Shown: one piece after another, positions 1 through 6,648 of the stretch
How positions within the stretch are numbered: position 1 is the first letter of the stretch
Layout: each line of letters starts with the position of its first letter
IMG/VR virus record: IMGVR_UViG_3300031994_000063
Strand: one strand, 5' to 3'
Length of the DNA: 14,232 bases
Source of the DNA: a virus
Taxonomy: Duplodnaviria > Heunggongvirae > Uroviricota > Caudoviricetes
Translations under genes and position numbers: made by a program
The notes under the pieces: generated by a model
The model's input: only the letters and a program-made list of their open reading frames with translations
What the model was told of the DNA's origin: nothing
Database searches by the model: none

Positions 1-2
1 CA

Positions 3-161
3 AAAGAAAAGTTCCCCTATTCCAATATTGTCATCAAACTTGTTGGAATGAGAATCACTGAAAACAGAAAATGGCTTGATTGCATCAAGTTATCAAACGA
101 CAAGGGTAAGACGCTTGGAAATCCAGAGAAATGTGCTTATATCCAAAAGCAAATAGGATAA
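3..161 (+). CDS. pncB: 3' end (52 codons, 5'-truncated) of a nicotinate phosphoribosyltransferase, PncB type
   Basis: Frame 3 reads KEKFPYSNIVIKLVGMRITENRKWLDCIKLSNDKGKTLGNPEKCAYIQKQIG*. NIVIKL...IKLS(N/D)xxGKxxG is the conserved C-terminal signature of PncB (E. coli LNIVIKL...AKLSDSPGK). Only the tail is visible. Confidence 0.72.
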   Translation, partial: KEKFPYSNIVIKLVGMRITENRKWLDCIKLSNDKGKTLGNPEKCAYIQKQIG

Positions 162-176
162 ACATTAACATAGATT

Positions 177-211
177 AACGTGGGATATTTTGCTATTCCA
201 CGTTTTTTTTT
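177..211 (+). terminator. Intrinsic terminator-like hairpin fused to promoter P1
   Basis: AACGTGGGATA (177-187) pairs with TATTCCACGTT (194-204), one G.T wobble, loop TTTTGC, T9 run at 203-211. Lies 15 nt after the pncB stop. Confidence 0.65.
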
Positions 212-221
212 ATATATTTGC
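189..221 (+). promoter_or_regulatory. Bacteroidetes-type promoter P1
   Basis: TTTG (189-192), 20-nt spacer, TATATTTG (213-220); matches the -33 TTTG / -7 TAnnTTTG consensus. Confidence 0.85.
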
Positions 222-246
222 CAAAAACGAATATAAAACAATTATT

Positions 247-609
247 ATGAGTAAAGAGGAATTAATAGAATGTTATAAAACATTATACGCAAAAAAAATA
301 AAAATACTGAAATCGTTCAAAGATGGGGATTTTTTTAAAATAACATCTAATAACAAAATAGTCAGGTGGGGTAGTTTTAAAGATTTCGAAGTTACTGAAA
401 ACGGAGTAATGATTTCAACCCATATGATTTATAATACTGAATTCAAAGGATTCGACCCTAGTGAATTTAATGGTTTTATTTTCCTAGAAAATAGTGGGGC
501 TATTGAAAAAATGAAATCCACTGAACTTTTAGTTTTTATGTTTAAACTGAGAGAGCAAAATTTCACTTTTGATAGGCGTAGCAAGATAATAAATAATTTA
601 ACAAAATAA
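247..609 (+). CDS. Hypothetical phage protein (120 aa; start moved from 190 to ATG 247)
   Basis: The track's upstream extension runs through promoter P1. ATG 247 has an A-rich leader. The FKDGD...FxLRxxxFxFD pattern resembles common Bacteroidetes-phage hypotheticals. Confidence 0.8.
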   Translation: MSKEELIECYKTLYAKKIKILKSFKDGDFFKITSNNKIVRWGSFKDFEVTENGVMISTHMIYNTEFKGFDPSEFNGFIFLENSGAIEKMKSTELLVFMFKLREQNFTFDRRSKIINNLTK

Positions 610-611
610 CT

Positions 612-1118
612 ATGAGAGTAACTGATAAACATATATTTTTCTGGGGCGAATGGCCTTCAAATTGGTATCCTTGTGTATTCAATGCTGAATATGAAGGGAA
701 AAAATATACTTTCTACAATTCAGAACAGTATTTTATGTTTATAAAAGCAAAGACATTTGGTGACGAGGAAACTGCGGAAAAGATACTTAGTAAGGGTAAA
801 AACCCAAAAACTGCAAAGGCTCTTGGAAGAGAGGTTAAAAACTATGATGATAATGTTTGGAATGAAAAACGTTATCAAGTGATGGTTGATGCTTGCTATC
901 TTAAATTTTCATCAAACGAAGAGTTGAAAAGTAATATACTTTCTGACGAGTTTAACGGAAAACACTTTGTTGAAGCTAGCCCGATAGATAAAATTTGGGG
1001 CGTTGGTCTAGGGGAAAATAACCCTATGATTGATGACGAGAATAACTGGAAAGGTACTAATCTTCTTGGAAAAGCATTAGATGAGGTAAGGGAGCGTTTA
1101 CAAAATGAAAAAAGTTGA
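612..1118 (+). CDS. NADAR family (YbiA/RibX/DUF1768) ADP-ribosyl glycohydrolase
   Basis: All hallmark motifs are present: SNWY, SEQYFM, KALGR, KF, EASPxDxIWGxG, GxNLLG. Confidence 0.95.
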   Translation: MRVTDKHIFFWGEWPSNWYPCVFNAEYEGKKYTFYNSEQYFMFIKAKTFGDEETAEKILSKGKNPKTAKALGREVKNYDDNVWNEKRYQVMVDACYLKFSSNEELKSNILSDEFNGKHFVEASPIDKIWGVGLGENNPMIDDENNWKGTNLLGKALDEVRERLQNEKS

Positions 1119-1689
1119 AGGAACAACATTAGAGACAAGACCTTGTAAGTGCATAAACGATATTGATAATTTTAAGAGCGGATGCTACTATCCAATGGCT
1201 CTAACGTGGAATGAAGTGATAATATACGAGCCAATAAAAAATCATTATGTGTCTAAAATGTTACCATTTCGCACATATATGCAACATTTCATTGGTTTGC
1301 CATTAGCATTTCCTAGTTTTGAAATTACAAAACTCAAGGCGTTGCTTTTTTCTCGTTTCAGAATTGAAATAAAAACCTATGTTGCTTATTCTGAGGGTGA
1401 CGATTCCATTGCGTATTATTACCGATTGTTTGACCGTTTTGATAGTCGCCTAGCAAGTTGGATTAGCCAAAAAAATATTCTGATAGCAGAAATACACGGC
1501 ATCCATGAGAATCAATATTTTTCTTCTGAAGAAGTTGCGCTAAAACATGCGCTCAAAACTGCAAAACAGTTTTTGCTAAGGACATACGATAAAACCGATG
1601 TTTTAAAATCCATATTTTGTGGGATTGATTTTAACAAAAATTATGGTAGATATATTAATATTCATTATGAAAACTTAAATTATCTTTAA
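1105..1689 (+). CDS. Hypothetical protein (194 aa)
   Basis: Long ORF overlapping the NADAR stop by 14 nt; no recognisable family. Confidence 0.8.
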   Translation: MKKVEGTTLETRPCKCINDIDNFKSGCYYPMALTWNEVIIYEPIKNHYVSKMLPFRTYMQHFIGLPLAFPSFEITKLKALLFSRFRIEIKTYVAYSEGDDSIAYYYRLFDRFDSRLASWISQKNILIAEIHGIHENQYFSSEEVALKHALKTAKQFLLRTYDKTDVLKSIFCGIDFNKNYGRYINIHYENLNYL

Positions 1690-1691
1690 TA

Positions 1692-1724
1692 TTTGGTTAG
1701 TTCAATTTTTTTTCGTATATTTGC
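1692..1724 (+). promoter_or_regulatory. Bacteroidetes-type promoter P2
   Basis: TTTG (1692-1695), 20-nt spacer, TATATTTG (1716-1723). Confidence 0.85.
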
Positions 1725-1753
1725 ATCGTATAATTAAATATACTATCAATAAT

Positions 1754-2257
1754 ATGAAGAAAATTATTTTACTCCTATTTGCAGTTATTTCATTATCATC
1801 GTGTGATGTTAACTGCTGTATGAACTGTGATGGACGTGGATGCCAATACTGTAAGCCTTATGGGTGTGCATATTGCAATTTCAGTAGAAACGGATGCTCA
1901 AACTGCAATCGTGGATATGTAAACCGTAACAGTGGTGGTGGATATGGTGACGTATTTTGTGCCAATAAGCTATTGGGAACTTGGCAAATGGATTACCCTA
2001 GTTATGTTGGCGATATGGAACTTAAAGAAATTAAGTTCATTGATGAGTGGAAGTGTGATATAACATTTTCGGTTGGAAGAAATCCAGATTGGTATACGCA
2101 CACTTATTCATATTCATATAGTAGTGGGTATATTAGATTCACAAGAAGCGGAAGTACTTTCAGTTTTAAGGTTGAGAGGTATTTGTTCCCAGAACTATAT
2201 TTGAGGGATTCATTTGGAGCATACACATGGAGAAAAGTTAGGGCTTATGGATGTTAA
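1754..2257 (+). CDS. Lipoprotein (167 aa) with a CxxC-repeat region and a lipocalin-like C-terminal domain (start moved from 1721 to ATG 1754)
   Basis: Signal peptide MKKIILLLFAVISLSS-C17 (lipobox LSSC). It is followed by CMNCDGRG, CQYC, CAYC and CSNC, a GGGYG linker, then LLGTWQM and alternating beta-strand patterns. Confidence 0.85.
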   Translation: MKKIILLLFAVISLSSCDVNCCMNCDGRGCQYCKPYGCAYCNFSRNGCSNCNRGYVNRNSGGGYGDVFCANKLLGTWQMDYPSYVGDMELKEIKFIDEWKCDITFSVGRNPDWYTHTYSYSYSSGYIRFTRSGSTFSFKVERYLFPELYLRDSFGAYTWRKVRAYGC

Positions 2258-2582
2258 AGAAATAAAACCAATCACGCCTAAAGAAGTTGAAGAGGCAAAG
2301 AAAAATGATATTCCTAGTTTCGTAATCGAAGCAGTAAACAGACTGTTGAAGAAGAAATGGGATGGCAAAAAAGCCATAATCACGCAAGACGAAATAATTG
2401 GTGAAATGAAACCTACTAACGTCTTAGGTTTGGAAAATGGCGTTAGTTTCAGAAGACAAGTATTTGCTAATCATTGGCTTGATTTTGAGGATTTATATCG
2501 AGAAAGTGGTTGGAAAGTTGAATATGATAAACCAGGATATTGCGAATCTTATAAAGCATATTTTAAATTTACAAAAAAATGA
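2247..2582 (+). CDS. Conserved phage hypothetical protein (111 aa; start moved from 2214 to ATG 2247)
   Basis: ATG overlaps the lipoprotein stop region. IPxFVIEAxN...WLDxEDxYRxxGWxVxYDKPGYxESY is a motif pattern I recognise from widespread phage hypotheticals. Confidence 0.85.
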   Translation: MDVKEIKPITPKEVEEAKKNDIPSFVIEAVNRLLKKKWDGKKAIITQDEIIGEMKPTNVLGLENGVSFRRQVFANHWLDFEDLYRESGWKVEYDKPGYCESYKAYFKFTKK

Positions 2583-3151
2583 ATAACGTAAGCGTAAAAA
2601 CAATTGTGGCTGTCTCAATTATTGTTATCCTTGGATTGGGATTTATTACCACTGTGGGAAGTTATTTCTCCTACAATAACAAGGAGGTATCTCTTCGTGA
2701 GCAAGCAGAGGCACAGCGAGGAAAAGTAGAAGGGGTACACGATGCTATGTGGAAGATTATTTCGCAGAAAGCGCAAGTGTCTAATGAGTATCGTGCTGGG
2801 TTCGATTCCATTTATACCCACATTATTGAGGGTCGGTATTCAAAAGGTGATGGGTCACTTATGAAATGGATTACTGAAGCCAACCCTAATTTTGACACTA
2901 GCCTTTATAAGGACGTAATGGATGCAATTGAGGTGCAGAGAACTCAGTTTATGAAGGCTCAAGAACGTATGATTGACATAAAACGTGAGCATAGCACATT
3001 GTGCAAGACATATCCAGGACGTTGGTTCATTTCCAACACGTCTGAAATAGAATACACAATAGTATCATCAACGCAGAGTAAACAAACAATGGAAACTGGT
3101 CTCGATGATAACGTTGACCTATTTAAAAATGAAAACTCTCGAAATAAATAA
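2579..3151 (+). CDS. LemA-like membrane-anchored helical protein (190 aa)
   Basis: One N-terminal TM helix followed by YN, a long coiled-coil-like helical body, NPNF and a YPxxWF motif near the end. This matches the LemA layout (YN...YPxL...FPxxxxA). ATGA overlap with the upstream gene. Confidence 0.65.
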   Translation: MNNVSVKTIVAVSIIVILGLGFITTVGSYFSYNNKEVSLREQAEAQRGKVEGVHDAMWKIISQKAQVSNEYRAGFDSIYTHIIEGRYSKGDGSLMKWITEANPNFDTSLYKDVMDAIEVQRTQFMKAQERMIDIKREHSTLCKTYPGRWFISNTSEIEYTIVSSTQSKQTMETGLDDNVDLFKNENSRNK

Positions 3152-3620
3152 AAAATATATGGTAATAGCTTTAAGGTTTCTAAAAGAAACTGGGCTATTA
3201 CCATTTTGGAAAGAATATGTAATTAAAGAAACCAATGAAGGAAGAAGGTTTCAAATGAAGCATTGGTCTATGAATAGATATATAGACGAAATATTTGGTT
3301 CAACTAATTTCACAGGTTTTGTGGTACGTAAAATAGAGGAAAAAAGAAACCAATTAAATAATAGAGAAGGCGAAAAAGCTTACGATATTCCTTCAATATA
3401 TTTGCTGTTTGGGGCTTGGTTAACAGCAAATTCTTCGTTATACGGAAAATATACATTAGTAAGCGGAATACCGAGTCAATCTGTTAAAAGTCATATTATA
3501 GTTGATACGAAAAGAAGAAAAGCAACAATACTGCTAGATGAATATTTTGGAGAATGGTACACTTCCAAAAGAATTGTATCATTTGGTCAAGTGTTGAAAG
3601 AGATTAATATGTTATGTTAA
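3129..3620 (+). CDS. Hypothetical protein (163 aa; start moved from 3105 to ATG 3129)
   Basis: ATG 3129 follows an A-rich leader. RFLKExGL motif near the N-terminus. Confidence 0.8.
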   Translation: MKTLEINKKYMVIALRFLKETGLLPFWKEYVIKETNEGRRFQMKHWSMNRYIDEIFGSTNFTGFVVRKIEEKRNQLNNREGEKAYDIPSIYLLFGAWLTANSSLYGKYTLVSGIPSQSVKSHIIVDTKRRKATILLDEYFGEWYTSKRIVSFGQVLKEINMLC

Positions 3621-4879
3621 TTATTATTTATTTATTACCTTTTATCATTTCATTTTTGCTTTTGATGTTTTTCAGAAAGCAAGTGACTTGGTTGGAATAC
3701 ATACTTTTAATAGGGGTGTCTATTATTTTCACGCTATTAATGAAAACAGCGTTTGTATCTTTCAATGAAAGTGATACAGAATATTGGGGCAGTTATGTTA
3801 CCAAAATTACCCATTATGATGATTGGGACGAATGGATTGTACGAACATGTACTAGAACCGTACACGATGGATACGATAAAGACGGGCATGAAATAACCCA
3901 TACTGAGACATATGATTGCTCATATAGGGATTATCATCCAGAAAGATGGACATACACTGACAATAATGGCGACGAAACATATTTTTACAACAAAGAAGAA
4001 TTTGACCGCGCTATGGCTGAATTGAATCATCCTAGTGCTGTGTTTGTTGATATGCACCGTGACTATTACACTAAGGATGGTGACGCGCAAGAATACCATT
4101 GGGATGGAACATACCAAAACAGCAAGACACTAACTACAACTCATACATATACCAATAAAATTATCGCTTCTCGTTCAATATTTAAATTTGAAGAGATTAG
4201 TAATGAGCAAGCAAAAAAACTTGGTTTGTTTTCGTATCCGAATATACGTGATTATGACCAAAATCCTATTATGGGAATGAACTTTGATAGACAGACTGAA
4301 AAAAAAATTAGGTTTTTAAATGCTACAATGGGTGGTAAAAGCCAATTCAGACTATATATTTTGATTTTCAAAGACAAACCCTTGGAAATATCTGAGCAGC
4401 AAAAATCATATTGGCAAGGAGGCAACAAAAACGAATTTGTATTGTGCCTAGGATATAACACTAAGACAAACAAGATAGATTGGTGCAATCCATTCTCATG
4501 GTGTGATAAACCTATGTTAGAGGTAGCAACAAAAAGGTATTTTAGGGAACACAATACACTTGATATTTCTAAATATGGCGATTGGTTGAAAAACAATATA
4601 AAACTCTGGAAACGTAAACAATTTAAGGACTTTGACTATATAGATGTTGAAATGACTGATGGACAAACTATTGCGTTATTTATAATTATGCTATTGATTG
4701 ACATTGGGGTTTCTATTTTTATTGTTAGCAATGGAATTGTAAACGAAAACATATACAAATCTAATGGGACATTTAAATGGTCAATTTCTGAAGATGATAT
4801 TGTTTTTTTTGTTGACAAAATTAATAATAAACTATCTAAATTAGTAGATACGTTTAATAAAATCAGATATTATGTTTGA
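3614..4879 (+). CDS. Membrane protein (421 aa): two N-terminal TMs, a large exported domain with a TPM-like segment, one C-terminal TM
   Basis: Hydrophobic segments at about aa 2-20, 28-48 and 353-372. YILIF...SYWQGGNKNEFVLCLG resembles the TPM/DUF477 core (WxxG...NGVLLLV). Confidence 0.85.
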   Translation: MLIIIYLLPFIISFLLLMFFRKQVTWLEYILLIGVSIIFTLLMKTAFVSFNESDTEYWGSYVTKITHYDDWDEWIVRTCTRTVHDGYDKDGHEITHTETYDCSYRDYHPERWTYTDNNGDETYFYNKEEFDRAMAELNHPSAVFVDMHRDYYTKDGDAQEYHWDGTYQNSKTLTTTHTYTNKIIASRSIFKFEEISNEQAKKLGLFSYPNIRDYDQNPIMGMNFDRQTEKKIRFLNATMGGKSQFRLYILIFKDKPLEISEQQKSYWQGGNKNEFVLCLGYNTKTNKIDWCNPFSWCDKPMLEVATKRYFREHNTLDISKYGDWLKNNIKLWKRKQFKDFDYIDVEMTDGQTIALFIIMLLIDIGVSIFIVSNGIVNENIYKSNGTFKWSISEDDIVFFVDKINNKLSKLVDTFNKIRYYV

Positions 4880-5468
4880 AATGGGAAAATACTATCTTTG
4901 CAAAAAATGCAAAAAAGTCAATGATGAGGAACTAAATTCATTTATAACGCATGTTTTCCATACAAATTATAAATCTGCGACAAATAGAGCATACCTTCGT
5001 TCTCATAGTTGTGGTAATGGCAACTATTTTGATTATGAGTCTCAAGCAATGATGGAATTCCATGTTGGAGGTATATACAAATGTACGTTGGACAATTATT
5101 TGATAGATGCTAATGGGCAACTTGTATATATCGGTAAACTTGATGGGTTTTTATTCGAAGAAGTGAAAATTGATTTACATGGATGCGAAAAAATAATTGG
5201 TGCTATTAACAAACATTATGGCTGTATTGCATCGGTAGAACCTTGGACAGTAAAGGATGGAATTGGTATAACATATATATGCAATGTAAAACTATGTTCC
5301 ATAAATAGAAATTATGCAGCCTCTGGTTGTACTTTCTCACAAAACCCAGTAAACGGTCTATTAACTGCATATAGAATCGCAAGAAAAGCTTTAGTGAAAA
5401 ACGGAAAACTAAACGAAGCCATTCATGGTGATATTGGTAGTTATATTTATACTTACAAGTACTTATAA
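4872..5468 (+). CDS. Hypothetical protein (198 aa)
   Basis: Overlaps the previous stop. FxxGxxYxC occurs twice (FEMGKYYLC, FHVGGIYKC). Confidence 0.8.
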   Translation: MFEMGKYYLCKKCKKVNDEELNSFITHVFHTNYKSATNRAYLRSHSCGNGNYFDYESQAMMEFHVGGIYKCTLDNYLIDANGQLVYIGKLDGFLFEEVKIDLHGCEKIIGAINKHYGCIASVEPWTVKDGIGITYICNVKLCSINRNYAASGCTFSQNPVNGLLTAYRIARKALVKNGKLNEAIHGDIGSYIYTYKYL

Positions 5469-5484
5469 TTACAAGTTCTTATAG
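5453..5484 (+). repeat. 16-bp imperfect tandem duplication spanning a stop codon
   Basis: TTACAAGTACTTATAA (5453-5468) followed by TTACAAGTTCTTATAG (5469-5484), 14/16 identical. Confidence 0.7.
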
Positions 5485-5575
5485 AAGAATATAATAATAT
5501 GCCTAGATTTTGGGATGACGGAACTTTAAAGGGTGAACAAATTGTCGCATTCAATTGTTAAAAAACGTTTTTTTA

Positions 5576-5608
5576 TTTGTTTTTTCAAAAAAATACATAT
5601 ATCTTTGC
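5576..5608 (+). promoter_or_regulatory. Bacteroidetes-type promoter P3
   Basis: TTTG (5576-5579), 20-nt spacer, TATCTTTG (5600-5607). Confidence 0.85.
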
Positions 5609-5615
5609 AACACAT

Positions 5616-5726
5616 ATGAAAAGTGAAGAAAAATTCAAAATGTTTATATACAGAACATTTGATATTATTTCATTAGTATCATTTTTTGCTGTGATAGCTA
5701 TGATAATTTTAAAAAATTTAAAATAA
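5616..5726 (+). CDS. Small single-pass membrane protein (36 aa, not in ORF track)
   Basis: MKSEEKFKMFIYRTFDIISLVSFFAVIAMIILKNLK*. First ATG after P3; fills the gap up to the Hsp20-like gene. Confidence 0.6.
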   Translation: MKSEEKFKMFIYRTFDIISLVSFFAVIAMIILKNLK

Positions 5727-5743
5727 CAAATATATTTATAACT

Positions 5744-6412
5744 ATGGTAGATTTCAAAAGTAGGCTTTTGAGCCTTATTGACAACGGTGCGTCACAAGCA
5801 AAGTCATTGATTGAAAGTTTCAACGATGTTGTAGATTCATTCGATATGGATGCACAGATTGATTTCTTCAAGGAGAAGAAAAATGAACTTATCAAGAGAG
5901 GAAACGAGTTGTTTGGTGATTTCGCTGAATTGCTCAAACAAGTTAAAGAGAGTCTTACGGATTTCTCAGTTACTGTACCTTTTGACGAGTCGATTGGTGA
6001 AAAACTCTCATATGAGGCTAAAGACGGTAAACTCAACATTGAGGTTACTTATGAGAACGAGACTAGCAGTAGAAGCAATAAAACTACTGTAGTGATTCCT
6101 AGTAATTGCGATTTGGAGCAGATTACACTAACCAAAAACGCAACACTGAAAACCGCTACAGTTACTATTCCTAAAAAGGTGATTGAGCCAGTGAAGGAAG
6201 AGGTAACGCCAACTGAAAAGCCTAAAAAAGCGGTGAGAAAAAAGGCTGCTAAAAAAGCTGCTGAAAAGGAGAATACTCCTAACGAAGAGACAATGACTCA
6301 CATATCAAGTAAACTCGCTCAGAAACTCAATCAGAATGGTAACAAATATGCCAAAATGATGGGTAGGGATAAGAACGGACGTTTTGTTCGTAGAACTCCT
6401 AAAAGCGAGTGA
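5744..6412 (+). CDS. Small heat-shock protein (Hsp20/alpha-crystallin-like domain) with a Lys/Ala-rich tail
   Basis: Residues about 74-144 (FSVTVPF...KLSYEAKDGKLNIEV...TTVVIPSNCDLEQIT...ATVTIPK) follow the ACD strand pattern (DGxLxI, LPxxVDxxxI, VxIPK). Tail contains KPKKAVRKKAAKKAA and RDKNGRF. Confidence 0.7.
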   Translation: MVDFKSRLLSLIDNGASQAKSLIESFNDVVDSFDMDAQIDFFKEKKNELIKRGNELFGDFAELLKQVKESLTDFSVTVPFDESIGEKLSYEAKDGKLNIEVTYENETSSRSNKTTVVIPSNCDLEQITLTKNATLKTATVTIPKKVIEPVKEEVTPTEKPKKAVRKKAAKKAAEKENTPNEETMTHISSKLAQKLNQNGNKYAKMMGRDKNGRFVRRTPKSE

Positions 6413-6453
6413 TTATCTTAAAAAAAGAAATTGTTCATATTGATTGGTACATT

Positions 6454-6490
6454 GCCTAGTTCCGTTTGTGAAAATAGACTAGGCTTCTTT
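6454..6490 (+). terminator. Hairpin with a GTGA (GNRA) tetraloop and short T-tract
   Basis: GCCTAGT (6454-6460) pairs with ACTAGGC (6478-6484). The upper stem is GTTT-GTGA-AAAT. Followed by TTCTTT. Confidence 0.7.
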
Positions 6491-6494
6491 AAAT

Positions 6495-6566
6495 GGCTCG
6501 TTGCGTGAGTAGTAAGCGGTCGTTCTGCAAAAACGTTCTACATTGGTGCAAATCCAATACGAGCCT
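6495..6566 (+). tRNA. trnC: tRNA-Cys (anticodon GCA); CCA not encoded
   Basis: Acceptor stem GGCTCGT/ACGAGCC; anticodon arm CGTT-CTGCAAA-AACG with GCA at 6527-6529; T arm ATTGG-TGCAAAT-CCAAT. Discriminator U73 is the CysRS identity base. G15-C48 present. Confidence 0.9.
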
Positions 6567-6596
6567 CAATAAAATTCAAAAATGTTAAATAATATT

Positions 6597-6634
6597 AAAA
6601 GTTGAATTGATATTTTGTCAGTTCAACTTTTTTT
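6597..6634 (+). terminator. Terminator-like hairpin fused to promoter P4
   Basis: AAAAGTTGAATTGA (6597-6610) pairs with TCAGTTCAACTTTT (6618-6631), one T.G wobble, loop TATTTTG, T7 run at 6628-6634. Lies downstream of the tRNA. Confidence 0.7.
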
Positions 6635-6645
6635 CGTATATTTGC
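6614..6645 (+). promoter_or_regulatory. Bacteroidetes-type promoter P4
   Basis: TTTG (6614-6617), 19-nt spacer, TATATTTG (6637-6644). Confidence 0.85.
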
Positions 6646-6648
6646 AAC

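Noticed and set aside
2615-6092. Alternative-frame + strand ORFs 2615-2821 and 5850-6092
   Set aside because: Both are fully nested in the LemA-like and Hsp20-like genes, with no independent start context or motif.
6567-6640. Theta (HDV-like) ribozyme at the tRNA 3' trailer, as occurs in gut phage tRNA loci
   Set aside because: The trailer is almost pure A/T (CAATAAAATTCAAAAATG), with no G-initiated P1 or nested double pseudoknot.
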